Part shown: positions 10,760 to 20,437 of the stretch, one piece after another
Numbering within the stretch: the stretch's first letter is position 1
How the letters are laid out: each line of letters starts with the position of its first letter
Assembly: GCA_035285545.1 (NCBI GenBank)
Contig: JAYKGY010000019.1
Location: forward strand, 1-64,000
Origin: Snowella sp.
Lineage (GTDB): Bacteria; Cyanobacteriota; Cyanobacteriia; Cyanobacteriales; Microcystaceae
Reading direction: 5' to 3'
Length of the DNA: 64,000 nucleotides
The notes under the pieces: model-generated
Told to the model about the DNA's origin: nothing
The model's database searches: none
The model's input: the letters and a program-made list of their open reading frames with translations, nothing else
Translations under genes and position numbers: made by a program

Positions 10760-10875
10760 AAAAACTCAATCAGATTATATTAGAGTTGTTGATTTTAAAT
10801 ACACCCCGATTTTAATTTTTTACTAATTATTTTCCAGCTTTTGGAAATAGATTTGAAAGATTTTTATCCCAATCT

Positions 10876-11292
10876 TTATTTTAATAGGATTTTAATCATT
10901 TTTAACAGTAATGCTAAATCTTGATCCTTTGCAAAAACACTATCAATTTGAGCAAGATAGGTATGGGCTTCAGCGAGGATCTGACCATCAGCAAAGTCGG
11001 TAGTTAAAATAACGGCTGGCGGATTTTTGGAAAAGTTTTTGATAATGGTAATCAGATCTAAAGTTCCCGAAATATCAATAGAAGGATACTTAATGGCGTA
11101 ATAAACAAGAATGGAACTATATTCACTAATATCAATTTGATTTAAAAAAATATCATTAAAATTTAAAAAATTTACGTCAAATTCTTTCCCTAGATAATCG
11201 ACAACTTGTTGAGACCAATTGAGATCATTTTCAAGAATACCAATTTTGGCGGGAGTTGTGGCCCGTTTTTTCCGAGTTGCTAAGGTTAACAT
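10876..11292 (-). CDS. Receiver-domain-like protein lacking the phospho-acceptor Asp (position matches Synechocystis sll1472)
   Basis: CheY-like pattern KIGILEND...YSSILVYY...PPAVILTT...VFAK. Tyr occupies the usual Asp position. Lies between cpcL and ccaS. Confidence 0.65.
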   Translation of the reverse strand: MLTLATRKKRATTPAKIGILENDLNWSQQVVDYLGKEFDVNFLNFNDIFLNQIDISEYSSILVYYAIKYPSIDISGTLDLITIIKNFSKNPPAVILTTDFADGQILAEAHTYLAQIDSVFAKDQDLALLLKMIKILLK

Positions 11293-11338
11293 AACGAAAA
11301 TACTGTCGTGTGTGGATGATTAATACATCTAAGTTTTG

Positions 11339-11368
11339 AAAAAAGTGGGATTTGTTAGTAAACCCCAC
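11339..11368 (-). terminator. Stem-loop with U-tract downstream of cpcL
   Basis: Minus strand reads GTGGGGTTT-ACTAAC-AAATCCCAC-TTTTTT. Confidence 0.55.
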
Positions 11369-11406
11369 CTCAATATTGATCAGGATTGGATCAAATCATG
11401 ATCAGC

Positions 11407-12156
11407 TTAGAGAGAAATAATTCCCCAAGCACTCAGGGCAACCGCGATCGCGCCTAAAGTTAGTAAACCGAGACCCCCAAAGAGAATCGCTTTTCCTGCG
11501 GCACGAACCCCTGCGGGATAGGGCTGCTTCTGCCATTCCCAACGATAGGTTAAAGGAGCTTGCCCCTGGAAATAGCCCATTTCTTCTAATTGCTGACGAT
11601 AATCGGCACCATAACGGGGCATCCGAGCAAAGGGTAATTCCCCTTGGGGTCGTTGGGGCAAAATACGTCGTCGTTGGTAGGGAACCGTATCTAGACCAAA
11701 GTTTTCCAGATATTCTTCACTATTGAGCAAATCATCAATAAATCCTTGTAGTCCTTTCGTGGCAATTACAATTGACCAGGCAATTTTTTCTTGTTCACTA
11801 TAAACATCTCTGCCCAATAACCGTTGAATACACATTTGTACAAAGCGATAGTTATTATTAGGTTCAAAATTGCGACGACGGAAAGTATCTGATAAAACTA
11901 AACCTCGAATAAAATCCCGAACGGTAATTTGCTGATTACGCAGTTGAGATTCTAGAGCGATTTGACGATTACTTTTAATAATTTGTTGTTCATTAAAAAT
12001 TTGTCGATAAGCTGCCCAAATAATGTGATCAATATCGACACGGGAGGGTAATCCTTCAGTTGTAAAAATACGAGGATATTCATCACCTGGAATCTCGTAA
12101 TTTTTAACCCGTTGGTTTTGGCTTTTGGGAGAATAGGTTTGTAAAGAAAGTGTCAT
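11407..12156 (-). CDS. cpcL: Phycobilisome rod-membrane linker CpcL (CpcG2)
   Basis: PBS linker domain ([35 protein letters not shown]) plus hydrophobic C-terminal anchor [23 protein letters not shown] at 12156 chosen as start. Confidence 0.93.
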   Translation of the reverse strand: MTLSLQTYSPKSQNQRVKNYEIPGDEYPRIFTTEGLPSRVDIDHIIWAAYRQIFNEQQIIKSNRQIALESQLRNQQITVRDFIRGLVLSDTFRRRNFEPNNNYRFVQMCIQRLLGRDVYSEQEKIAWSIVIATKGLQGFIDDLLNSEEYLENFGLDTVPYQRRRILPQRPQGELPFARMPRYGADYRQQLEEMGYFQGQAPLTYRWEWQKQPYPAGVRAAGKAILFGGLGLLTLGAIAVALSAWGIISL

Positions 12157-12253
12157 AATTTTGATCAAATTTTCAGAAAATCAGATAGTATCCGTGGATA
12201 ATTTAGATAAAAAACCTTAGTCTATCAGAGGGGATCTGAAAAAAAAGAGGAGA

Positions 12254-12275
12254 GAATCGGAAAGAAATCGGAAAG
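12254..12275 (-). promoter_or_regulatory. G-box (CcaR binding site) upstream of cpcL
   Basis: Minus strand CTTTCCGATTT-CTTTCCGATTC, an 11-bp direct repeat matching the CTTTNCNATTT G-box, about 100 nt upstream of cpcL. Confidence 0.9.
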
Positions 12276-12379
12276 TTTTCTGTATCGCGTTAAATCTTTA
12301 CATTTCTCAATATTTCTTGTTTGAACCTGATCCCCAATTTAGATAAGCTGATTCAGAGAGAAAAACGGCAAAATAGGCT

Positions 12380-13054
12380 ATGAGAATTCTGTTGGTCGAA
12401 GATGATTTGCGCTTAGCAGAAACCGTTGCAGAAGCACTAAGCGATCAACTTTATACGGTAGATATTGCGACAAATGGGCTATTGGCTTGGGATTTTGTTA
12501 AAAGTCTAGAATACGATCTGATTTTGCTGGATGTGATGTTGCCAGAGTTGGATGGAATTACCTTGTGTCAACAATTGCGATCGCAGGGTTACTTGATGCC
12601 TATTTTAATGATGACCGCGCGAGATACCGTCAGTGACAAGATTACGGGGTTAGATGCAGGAGCCGACGACTATATTGTCAAACCCGTTGATTTAGGAGAA
12701 TTATTTGCTCGAATTCGGGCCTTATTGCGTCGGGGAAGTGTGGCATCTCAGCCGATTTTGGAATGGGGACTGATCAAATTGAATCCAAGTACCTACGAAG
12801 TGAGTTATGGCGATGAAAATTTATATCTAACTCGCAAAGAATACAATATTTTAGAATTACTGCTACGCAATGGTCGCCGCGTCCTGAGCCGGAGCATGAT
12901 CATTGACCATATTTGGAAAATGGAAACCCCACCCGAAGAAGATACGGTGAAAGTCCATATTAGAAGTTTGCGACAAAAACTAAAAGCTGCCGGTGCGCCT
13001 GATGATTTAATTGAAACCCTGCATGGGGTTGGTTATCGTTTAGCCATTATGTAA
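12380..13054 (+). CDS. ccaR: OmpR-family response regulator CcaR
   Basis: MRILLVEDD, LLDVMLP, DDYIVKP and winged-helix DTVKVHIRSLRQKL...GVGYRL. Divergent from cpcL-ccaS across the G-box. Confidence 0.9.
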   Translation: MRILLVEDDLRLAETVAEALSDQLYTVDIATNGLLAWDFVKSLEYDLILLDVMLPELDGITLCQQLRSQGYLMPILMMTARDTVSDKITGLDAGADDYIVKPVDLGELFARIRALLRRGSVASQPILEWGLIKLNPSTYEVSYGDENLYLTRKEYNILELLLRNGRRVLSRSMIIDHIWKMETPPEEDTVKVHIRSLRQKLKAAGAPDDLIETLHGVGYRLAIM

Positions 13055-13134
13055 TACACCAGGGCAATGATGCCCCAATTCCATCCCGCCTGACTTCTTC
13101 ATTTTTCATATTTCTCCAGTTGCTGGGGATCATT

Positions 13135-14655
13135 TCACTTTGCACACCATTGTTTAATCGCTTCAGTTAGCCCTTCTAAGGTATATTCCTCGGCTTCTAG
13201 CGTTACTCGGCCAAAAAGCTGCTGACAGGTTCGGGTGGTTTGCGGGCCAATCGAAGCCAAACCCACGGGTTCTAATAACTGGAGTACGGGATCGGGAGAG
13301 TTGGTCTGTAACTGGCGTTGAACGAGGGTATAAAAATTTTGAACAGTCTTTGAACTGGCGAAGGTAATAATATCAATGGTTTGATGGCTTAATGCTTGCC
13401 AAACTTCGGCTGAAACCCCCTCAGGACACCCCGATTGATAGGCAGGAACCTCAACCATATTCGCTCCTTGTTCAGTGAGTTGTTTAACTAATACATCCCG
13501 TCCGCCTGTCTCGACCCTAGGAAACAGAATCGTTTGATCGGCTAAGGGTTCAGGAAAAGTTTCAATCAACGAATCTGCGACATAATTGGGGGGAATAAAA
13601 TCAGCTTGTAATCCGTATTGTTTTAAGGTTGCGGCGGTTTTTTTACCGACTACGGCTATTTTAATTCCGGCTAAGGCTCGGCTATCTTTTCCTAATGTTT
13701 GCAACCGTTGGAAAAAGTATTCTACGCCATTGGCTGAGGTCAGAATTAACCATTGAAAACGGGATAAGTCCGCGATCGCGTTATCTAATGCTTGCCAACT
13801 CGATGGCGGTTGAATGACTAAGGCGGGCATTTCTAACACATTCGCGCCTTCTGCTGTGAGTAAATCGGCAAAATGGCTAGATTGCTCGGCAGAACGGGTT
13901 ATTAAAATGGTTTTTCCTGCTAGGGGAATGTCTGAATGAGGCATGGTTCGTAAATTAATCACCGCTCCGATGACGATCACCGCAGGCGAAAGGTTGACTC
14001 CATCAGTCTTTTCTACGATATCAGTTAAGGTTCCCACCCAAACTTGCTGATTCGTTCTTCCCCCGTTTTTGATAATGGCAATGGGTGTTGACGGCGATCG
14101 CCCCTGTTCAAGCAATAATTGAAGGATTCGGGGTAAGGTCTGTCCTCCCATGAGGATAACGAGGGTATCGATCTGGCTCAACGCTGACCAATTCAAGCTT
14201 TCGGGATCGTGACCTGTCAGTACAGCAAAACACTGGCTTAAGTCCTTATCGGTTAAGGGAATGCCTGCAAAAAGCGGAGCCGCGATCGCGGATGAAATCC
14301 CTGGGATGACTTCAAAAGCACAATGATTATCGGTTAAGGCTTGAATTTCAGGATTAGCACGCCCAAAAATAAACGGATCACCACTTTTTAACCTGACGAC
14401 CGGTTTTCCGGCTAAAGCATGGGTGACTAATAATTGATTGATTTCTGATTGGGAGCAACTGGGCAAGCCTCCTCGTTTACCGACATTGATCAATTCACAG
14501 TTTTTTGGAACCAGGGTTAATAAGGCTGGATCAACTAAGGCATCATAAATCAAGACTTCTGCTTGAGCCAGTACTTGTTGTCCTCGTATCGTTAAATACG
14601 CGATCGGTCCGACTCCTGCACCGACTAAATACACTTTTCCTTGTTGAAATACCAT
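13135..14655 (-). CDS. cobA: Fused uroporphyrinogen-III C-methyltransferase / synthase (CobA-HemD)
   Basis: VYLVGAG, VVRLKSGDPFIFGR and PGISSA in the N-terminal half. HemD half with ILITRS, LTSANGV, ITFASSKTV, SIGPQT. Confidence 0.93.
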   Translation of the reverse strand: MVFQQGKVYLVGAGVGPIAYLTIRGQQVLAQAEVLIYDALVDPALLTLVPKNCELINVGKRGGLPSCSQSEINQLLVTHALAGKPVVRLKSGDPFIFGRANPEIQALTDNHCAFEVIPGISSAIAAPLFAGIPLTDKDLSQCFAVLTGHDPESLNWSALSQIDTLVILMGGQTLPRILQLLLEQGRSPSTPIAIIKNGGRTNQQVWVGTLTDIVEKTDGVNLSPAVIVIGAVINLRTMPHSDIPLAGKTILITRSAEQSSHFADLLTAEGANVLEMPALVIQPPSSWQALDNAIADLSRFQWLILTSANGVEYFFQRLQTLGKDSRALAGIKIAVVGKKTAATLKQYGLQADFIPPNYVADSLIETFPEPLADQTILFPRVETGGRDVLVKQLTEQGANMVEVPAYQSGCPEGVSAEVWQALSHQTIDIITFASSKTVQNFYTLVQRQLQTNSPDPVLQLLEPVGLASIGPQTTRTCQQLFGRVTLEAEEYTLEGLTEAIKQWCAK

Positions 14656-14736
14656 AAAAATTTTGGGGATTAATTACCGCGATCGCTGTTTGTCAATGTT
14701 AAAAAAAGAATAATTGAGATTAATTCGGGATCAGCA

Positions 14737-14976
14737 ATGGAAGAATTGTTGGAACTAAAAATGTTATTAACGGAGGGAAACATCTCTGACGCATTGCTAT
14801 TGGTCGAGGAAATGACGGAGATGAGCAAAGATGACAAATTAAACAAAATTTCGAGTTATGCCAAAATTCTCCTATTGCATTTAATCAAACAACACGCTGA
14901 AAAGCACTCTACCCGTTCCTGGGATTTATTTATTGAAAATTCTGTGTATGAAATCCAAAAAACAAATAACAAATAA
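14737..14976 (+). pseudogene. Truncated DUF29-family protein
   Basis: MEELLELK...EEMTEMSKDDKLNKISSYAKILLLHLIKQ...TRSW matches the DUF29 N-half. The ORF stops early inside a heptamer repeat. Confidence 0.7.
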
Positions 14977-14988
14977 CAAATAACAAAT
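14961..14988 (+). repeat. Heptamer tandem repeat (AACAAAT)x4
   Basis: Four exact copies; STRR-like 7-bp unit. Confidence 0.9.
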
Positions 14989-15087
14989 TAGAAGAAGACG
15001 TTGCCATAATAATATTTTTATTGAAAGGTTATGACGTTCTTTAAAAAGTGGCTATTAGGATCGTGAATGTAAGTGTGGGAGCCAGCC

Positions 15088-16401
15088 TTAAAAAATAAAG
15101 ATAACTTGTAAGTCCCATTGGGTTTTATCTGAGCGAATTATCTCAATTTTCCGAATAAATTCTCGAAAATAAAAACGCCTTTCGGTTTCTGATAAATCTA
15201 GCCAAAATTGGGGTAAAGAAACAGCCTGGGTGATTATTTTTAGATCTCCAGGCGGTAATTGATCAAGTTGACTCCGTAATTCGGCAATCTCGGCTTTAAT
15301 TTTATAAGCCCTTAAATGGGTAGTTTCTTTATCTAAAATTTCTTCTTTTTGCAGTTCAGATAATTTTGCCAGAATCCTTTCTTTTTGTTGGATTTGCTGT
15401 TTTAATTGCGTTTGAATTACTGCTAAATTCGGTAAATTTAATTGAGCAACAGTAGGGGGCAGATCTTCACAAATTTTTTGAATAGCGGCGGTTAAAATTT
15501 CCTCATAACGAATCGCTGGACATTTCGGTTTTAGAGAACATTGAGTTGGTCGTAAATAAAGATAGTGATTCGGTTTATCCCGTTGGCTAACTTGGGTAAT
15601 GGTTTGGGGAGATTGGCAACGCTGACAAACAACCAATCCGGCAAGCGATCGCGGGGCACTGGCAGTACGGGACGGTAATTGACGATTTCGTCTCAGTAAG
15701 CGTTCTACCTGGGCGGCTTCTTCTCTAGAAATAATAGGCAGATGGGTATCCGAAATAATGGTTTGGTCGTTGTAAGCAAGATCTCCCCGATAAATAGGAT
15801 TATTTAACCAACGCTGACCTGTGGAAACGGCAATTTTTTTTCCATAGCGTTTTTCCAAATAACGAACGGCTCCCCGTAACGATCCAAATAAAAGGAATTG
15901 ATCGAAAAAATCTTTAACGATGGGGGCGGTACTGCGGTCTAAAAGATAGCGGTCTTTTCCTCGACGATAACCGTAGGGGGCTTTCCCTGGTGGCGGTAAG
16001 GCTTGAATACGATTGCGGGCATGACCTTGTTGTAATTTTCGGCGACGTTGATTTTTTTGAATGGTTTGTAATAGTTGAAATAAGTTTTGTTTAGTCTCGC
16101 TGAATGTTTTTTGATTCCCTTGGTCGGTATGGTAATCCTGCTCAATGGTAATCACTTCAACCCCTAGATCTTCGATTGTCTTGAGGCGATCGCCGACTTC
16201 TGTAATTGTGTTTCCTAACTCATCTAAACGACGTAATAGGAGATAATCGGTTGTTAGGGTTTGACAATCTTGAATTAAAGTTTTTAACTGGGAATGTTGC
16301 CCTAAATCTTCATAAATTTGATCAATTTCTAATCCCCAAATACTAGGGTCAGGTTTCACTTCGAGTAATGGGTCACTATACACATAGGCAACAATTCTCA
16401 T
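15088..16401 (-). CDS. Large serine recombinase-family protein (cyanobacterial type, non-canonical active site)
   Basis: Resolvase-like N-terminus, GKAPYGYRR, LNNPIYRG, H-x-PIISREE, LAGLVVCQRC Zn ribbon, coiled coil, FIRKIEI C-terminus. Confidence 0.85.
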   Translation of the reverse strand: MRIVAYVYSDPLLEVKPDPSIWGLEIDQIYEDLGQHSQLKTLIQDCQTLTTDYLLLRRLDELGNTITEVGDRLKTIEDLGVEVITIEQDYHTDQGNQKTFSETKQNLFQLLQTIQKNQRRRKLQQGHARNRIQALPPPGKAPYGYRRGKDRYLLDRSTAPIVKDFFDQFLLFGSLRGAVRYLEKRYGKKIAVSTGQRWLNNPIYRGDLAYNDQTIISDTHLPIISREEAAQVERLLRRNRQLPSRTASAPRSLAGLVVCQRCQSPQTITQVSQRDKPNHYLYLRPTQCSLKPKCPAIRYEEILTAAIQKICEDLPPTVAQLNLPNLAVIQTQLKQQIQQKERILAKLSELQKEEILDKETTHLRAYKIKAEIAELRSQLDQLPPGDLKIITQAVSLPQFWLDLSETERRFYFREFIRKIEIIRSDKTQWDLQVIFIF

Positions 16402-16431
16402 AGGGTTTGATAAACTGAGCGTAATATTTGT

Positions 16432-16896
16432 TTGATTTTTAATTTAACATTAATGTCTTTAGGACAATATCAGGAAGCCCTTACTGCTTTTAATGAATCT
16501 TTAGAAATTAAACCAAATGATTTTAACGCTTGGTTTAAAAAATTCATGGTTTTAGAATACCTTGGTAATTATCAAGATGCCTTGAAAGCTATTGAAAAAG
16601 CCATTGAAATTCAGCCAGATGATTTTAATACTTGGTTCAGAAAAAGTACGATTTTAGAACGCCTTAATAATTATGAAGATGCTCTTAAGGCTATAGAAAA
16701 AGCTATTGAAATTCAACCTAATTCTTTTGAAGCATACTTTTGTCAAGGTTTAATTTTAATGAATTTACAAAGACTCAGCGAAGCTAAACAATCTATTGAA
16801 AACGCTTTAACGTATGGTGACTCTTCATTTGTTCCCGATGATATTAGAAATTCCATTCAAAATTTAGCTCAAGCTATTTACTCTAATACTCAGTAA
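16432..16896 (+). CDS. TPR-repeat protein (possibly a 5'-truncated fragment), AT-rich
   Basis: Three to four TPR units (Y.DALKAIEKAIEIQP..F..WF). Weak TTG start 30 nt from the divergent recombinase start. Confidence 0.7.
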   Translation: MIFNLTLMSLGQYQEALTAFNESLEIKPNDFNAWFKKFMVLEYLGNYQDALKAIEKAIEIQPDDFNTWFRKSTILERLNNYEDALKAIEKAIEIQPNSFEAYFCQGLILMNLQRLSEAKQSIENALTYGDSSFVPDDIRNSIQNLAQAIYSNTQ

Positions 16897-17489
16897 AATC
16901 AATAAACTCAAGAATGAATAAAAACTTAACTATTGTTGTCTATGTTAGACATGGAAGATAGAAGAGTATTGACTTCATCAAAACTTAAGCCAGCAGCTAA
17001 AAGAGTTTTTGCGACGGCAGTTCTTTCACTCTTATTAAGATGCATTAAACAATTATCTCTAGCTCGCTTTAGTCTGCCAATAAGAAATTGAAGTTCATCA
17101 GATGAGTTAGGAGAATTGACTTCTACGGAAGAAGTATGTCGCTATAAGTGGATTTGAAACAGTACTTGAGTTTGTCATAATGTTTCAACCAGACTCAGTG
17201 TACATATATTACAAGATAAATTCTAAAATCAGAAAAAATTGTAGGTAAAATATTTTTTGACTTTAAAAATATGGAGTAATGGAGTAGTAGAGAATAAGGG
17301 CTATTTACCCTCTACTCAAAATCATAACTTAGTTTAAGCTACACGGCTGCTTAAACCTTGGCTTCTTTTTGAACCAATTTATCCCATCTTTGGCGATCGC
17401 TGATTTTAACCCCGCTAAATTTGTCAAAATAACAGGGATTGAATACACTAATGGGGATATATTTTTGGGTGTGAAGAGTACAAAGACAC

Positions 17490-18926
17490 ATGAAAAAGAC
17501 CTTATTTCTCAGTCCTCCTTCCTTTGATGGCTTCGATGGTGGAGCCGGTGCCAGATATCAAGCTAAACGGGAAATTACTTCCTTTTGGTATCCCACCTGG
17601 TTAGCCCAACCCGCCGCCCTCGTGCCTGGCAGCAAGTTAATTGATGCGCCGCCCCATAATCAAAGCGTGGAAGATGTACTCGCGATCGCGAAAGATTACG
17701 ACCTCGTGATCATGCACACCAGCACCCCATCTCTGGCAAACGATGTGAAATGTGCCGAAGCGATCAAAGCCCAAAAACCGGATACCCAAATAGGGTTTAT
17801 CGGGGCCCATGTCGCGGTACTTCCCGAAGAAACCTTAAAAGAAAATCCCATTATCGATTTTGTCTGTCGCAACGAATTTGACTATACCTGTAAAGAATTA
17901 GCTGAAGATCGACCCTATACGGAAATTACCGGCTTAAGTTATCGCGACCAAGATGGCAACATCAAGCATAACCCCGAACGGGAATTAATCCATGATTGGG
18001 ATGCCATGCCCAGCGTTTTACCCGTTTATGCGCGGGATTTAGAGATTAAAAAGTATTTTATTGGCTATTTACTCCACCCCTATATTTCTTTCTACACAGG
18101 TCGGGGGTGTCCTGCTAAGTGTAGTTTCTGTCTGTGGCCCCAAACCATTGGTGGTCACAATTACCGTGCAAAAAGTCCTGAAGCGGTTGGTAAAGAAATG
18201 GCCGAGGCCAAAGCTCTCTTTGGGGATTCGGTACGGGAATATATGTTTGATGATGATACTTTCACCATTGATAAACAACGCGCGATCGCGATTAGTGAGT
18301 ATCTGAAAAAGCTGAAAATTACCTGGAGTTGTAACGCCAGAGCGAATCTGGATTACGATACATTGAAAACCTTACGAGATAACGGCTTAAGGTTATTATT
18401 AGTTGGTTTTGAATCCGGCAATCAGGAAATTCTTGATGGCATCCGCAAAGGCATTAAGCTCGAAGTGGCTCGTAAATTTATGGAAAATTGCCGTAAATTA
18501 GGCATAACCGTTCACGGAACCTTTATTATTGGACTGCCTAACGAAAGCCAGGAAACCATCGAAGAAACCATCCGTTTTGCCTGTGAAGTCAACCCCCACA
18601 CCATTCAAGTTTCTATTGCGGCTCCCTATCCTGGAACTGAACTTTATCGCCAGGCTCAAGAAAATGGCTGGTTTACCCAAAATAACTTAATTAATACGTC
18701 TGGAATTCAACTTTCTACCCTGGAATATCCCAATTTATCCACCAAACAGATTGAAGATGCGGTCGAAAGAATGTATCGTCAATTCTACTTCCGTCCCAAA
18801 GCGATTATCCCCATCGTTCAGGAAATGTTAGGCGATCCGCAAATGTTAGTCCGTCGTTTACGAGAAGGCAAAGAATTTTTTGCTTACCTGAAAGAACGGA
18901 AACAAGGATCTTTAATAAAAGCCTAA
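17490..18926 (+). CDS. hpnJ: Hopanoid biosynthesis-associated radical SAM protein HpnJ
   Basis: N-terminus PPSFDGFDGGAGARYQAKREITSFWYPTWLAQPAA and CxxxCxxC motif GRGCPAKCSFCLWPQT. Confidence 0.92.
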   Translation: MKKTLFLSPPSFDGFDGGAGARYQAKREITSFWYPTWLAQPAALVPGSKLIDAPPHNQSVEDVLAIAKDYDLVIMHTSTPSLANDVKCAEAIKAQKPDTQIGFIGAHVAVLPEETLKENPIIDFVCRNEFDYTCKELAEDRPYTEITGLSYRDQDGNIKHNPERELIHDWDAMPSVLPVYARDLEIKKYFIGYLLHPYISFYTGRGCPAKCSFCLWPQTIGGHNYRAKSPEAVGKEMAEAKALFGDSVREYMFDDDTFTIDKQRAIAISEYLKKLKITWSCNARANLDYDTLKTLRDNGLRLLLVGFESGNQEILDGIRKGIKLEVARKFMENCRKLGITVHGTFIIGLPNESQETIEETIRFACEVNPHTIQVSIAAPYPGTELYRQAQENGWFTQNNLINTSGIQLSTLEYPNLSTKQIEDAVERMYRQFYFRPKAIIPIVQEMLGDPQMLVRRLREGKEFFAYLKERKQGSLIKA

Positions 18927-19014
18927 ATTTAGACCTCGTAACTAAGCTTGGAAAATATTGTCCAGGCTAGTATTTCAGGAGGGAACAAGGAGAAATAGGA
19001 GGTACTTAAATCAA

Positions 19015-19281
19015 TTAAGAAGCGCGATCGCGATATTGCAGCAGTAACGTTTCGAGTTGTTTGACGGAAGCGCGTGGAGATAAGCGCGGTAAAATGCTTT
19101 CGGTTTCGTTAACCCACTGACACAGAACCGGAATTTCGTATTGATACCGATTAAACCAATCTTCACGGGTGGTAATATCCCGTACCTCAATCGCTAACGG
19201 GAGGCACTGCACCTGTTGCAATTTTTCGTACAACCCTTCGCACAAATGACATCCAGGCTTACTGTAAAAAATTAACTGCAT
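19015..19281 (-). CDS. Glutaredoxin-like protein (DUF836)
   Basis: YSKPGCHLC and RYQYEIPVL motifs. Confidence 0.88.
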   Translation of the reverse strand: MQLIFYSKPGCHLCEGLYEKLQQVQCLPLAIEVRDITTREDWFNRYQYEIPVLCQWVNETESILPRLSPRASVKQLETLLLQYRDRAS

Positions 19282-19297
19282 TAAAATTCAAGTGTGA

Positions 19298-19687
19298 TTA
19301 TTCAGGAAAACGAACAATATCATCATCCCCTAAATATTCGCCATTTTGAACCTCAATCATCACCAGATCAATAACGCCTGGATTTTCGACCCGATGGGGG
19401 GTATTCATGGGAACATAGGTGGATTCTTTTTGCTTTAAAAGTTTTTCAACGCCATTACAGATAACTTTTGCTGTACCGGAAACAATGACCCAGTGTTCGC
19501 TGCGATGGTAGTGCATTTGGGTACTCATGTGCTGCCCTGGTTTGACCACAATACGATTAATTCGATAGCGCGGCCCCTCCTCTAAAACCGTCACCATTCC
19601 CCAGGGAGGAGTGCGAGTTTGATGGGAGTCATCTCTTAAAATATCTTCTGAGCCGTTAGAAATTTCCATACTCATTGAATTGCTCAT
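19298..19687 (-). CDS. Cupin protein, mannose-6-phosphate isomerase type II C-terminal-like
   Basis: PWG, QMHYHRSEHW, HRVENPG and IEVQNGEYLGDDDIVRF motifs. Confidence 0.88.
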   Translation of the reverse strand: MSNSMSMEISNGSEDILRDDSHQTRTPPWGMVTVLEEGPRYRINRIVVKPGQHMSTQMHYHRSEHWVIVSGTAKVICNGVEKLLKQKESTYVPMNTPHRVENPGVIDLVMIEVQNGEYLGDDDIVRFPE

Positions 19688-19728
19688 GGTTGTTTTATCT
19701 CAGGCTGTTCTAAATAATGCTAACTATT

Positions 19729-20145
19729 CTATAACTTGTCTGCTTGATAGGTATAAAAATTTTGCATGACCCCAACAGTTTGAAACTGATAGCTGGGGAC
19801 AGGCGATGGCATCGACAATTGGGTTTCGTAAATACTAAAGATCAAAAAGTTTTGGCGGGTGGTTGTTGTCGCAATAATTTGTTTAATTTGAGGTCGGCCC
19901 GTATCGACTAAGGTTTTACAGTAACTTTGGACAAAACCTCCCAACGATTGGCCCGCTTGGGGACAAATTTTATCCTTGAGATAAAACGAGAGGGCATCGG
20001 TGGCATAAACTTCATAGTCTTGTTGGCAAGGATTGGTGATCGCCATGACAATTCCACTACTGCCCAGCAGGAATCCTCCTAATACGGCTATCATCTGTAA
20101 GGCTTTCATGACTTCCACTCTCTCACGACCGTTTTGGTAATGCAA
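19729..20145 (-). CDS. DUF4359-like membrane-anchored protein
   Basis: N-terminal hydrophobic segment followed by TNP; TTRQNFLIFSIYET motif. Real start is probably the internal MKALQ. Confidence 0.75.
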   Translation of the reverse strand: MHYQNGRERVEVMKALQMIAVLGGFLLGSSGIVMAITNPCQQDYEVYATDALSFYLKDKICPQAGQSLGGFVQSYCKTLVDTGRPQIKQIIATTTTRQNFLIFSIYETQLSMPSPVPSYQFQTVGVMQNFYTYQADKL

Positions 20146-20262
20146 TTTGATTCAGACTCCAGCAGATGGGAGAATCTGTTTCATGCAGGGCAAAAATTCG
20201 ATCAACACCATCTATATTGATTAACGGATAACACCGTTATGTTATACTGAATATCGGTTAAT

Positions 20263-20336
20263 GGCGAGCGTAGCCAAGTGGTTAAGGCAGAGGATTGTGG
20301 TTCCTCCACTCGTGGGTTCGAGTCCCATCGTTCGCC
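20263..20336 (+). tRNA. tRNA-His(GTG)
   Basis: G-1 plus acceptor stem GCGAGCG/CGTTCGC, D-arm GCCAAGTGGTTAAGGC, anticodon arm GAGGA-TTGTGGT-TCCTC (GTG at 20297-20299), T-arm GTGGG-TTCGAGT-CCCAT. CCA not encoded. Confidence 0.97.
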
Positions 20337-20437
20337 CTCAAAAATTTATAACTGAAAGTTCTAGGACTTACGCAAAAGGCCATAATTGTTTACACTGAAT
20401 CCATAGGAAAAGTGCGCCTGAGAGAAAGATATCAGTC

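Noticed and set aside
14737..17300. Recombinase-borne excision element (xis-like) or prophage
   Set aside because: No interrupted host gene, att repeats or phage genes; the recombinase active site is non-canonical.
17490..18926. HpnJ (and the 57851-59419 radical SAM) as RiPP maturases
   Set aside because: Both match known stand-alone families; no precursor peptide, SPASM or RRE domain, or exporter is adjacent.
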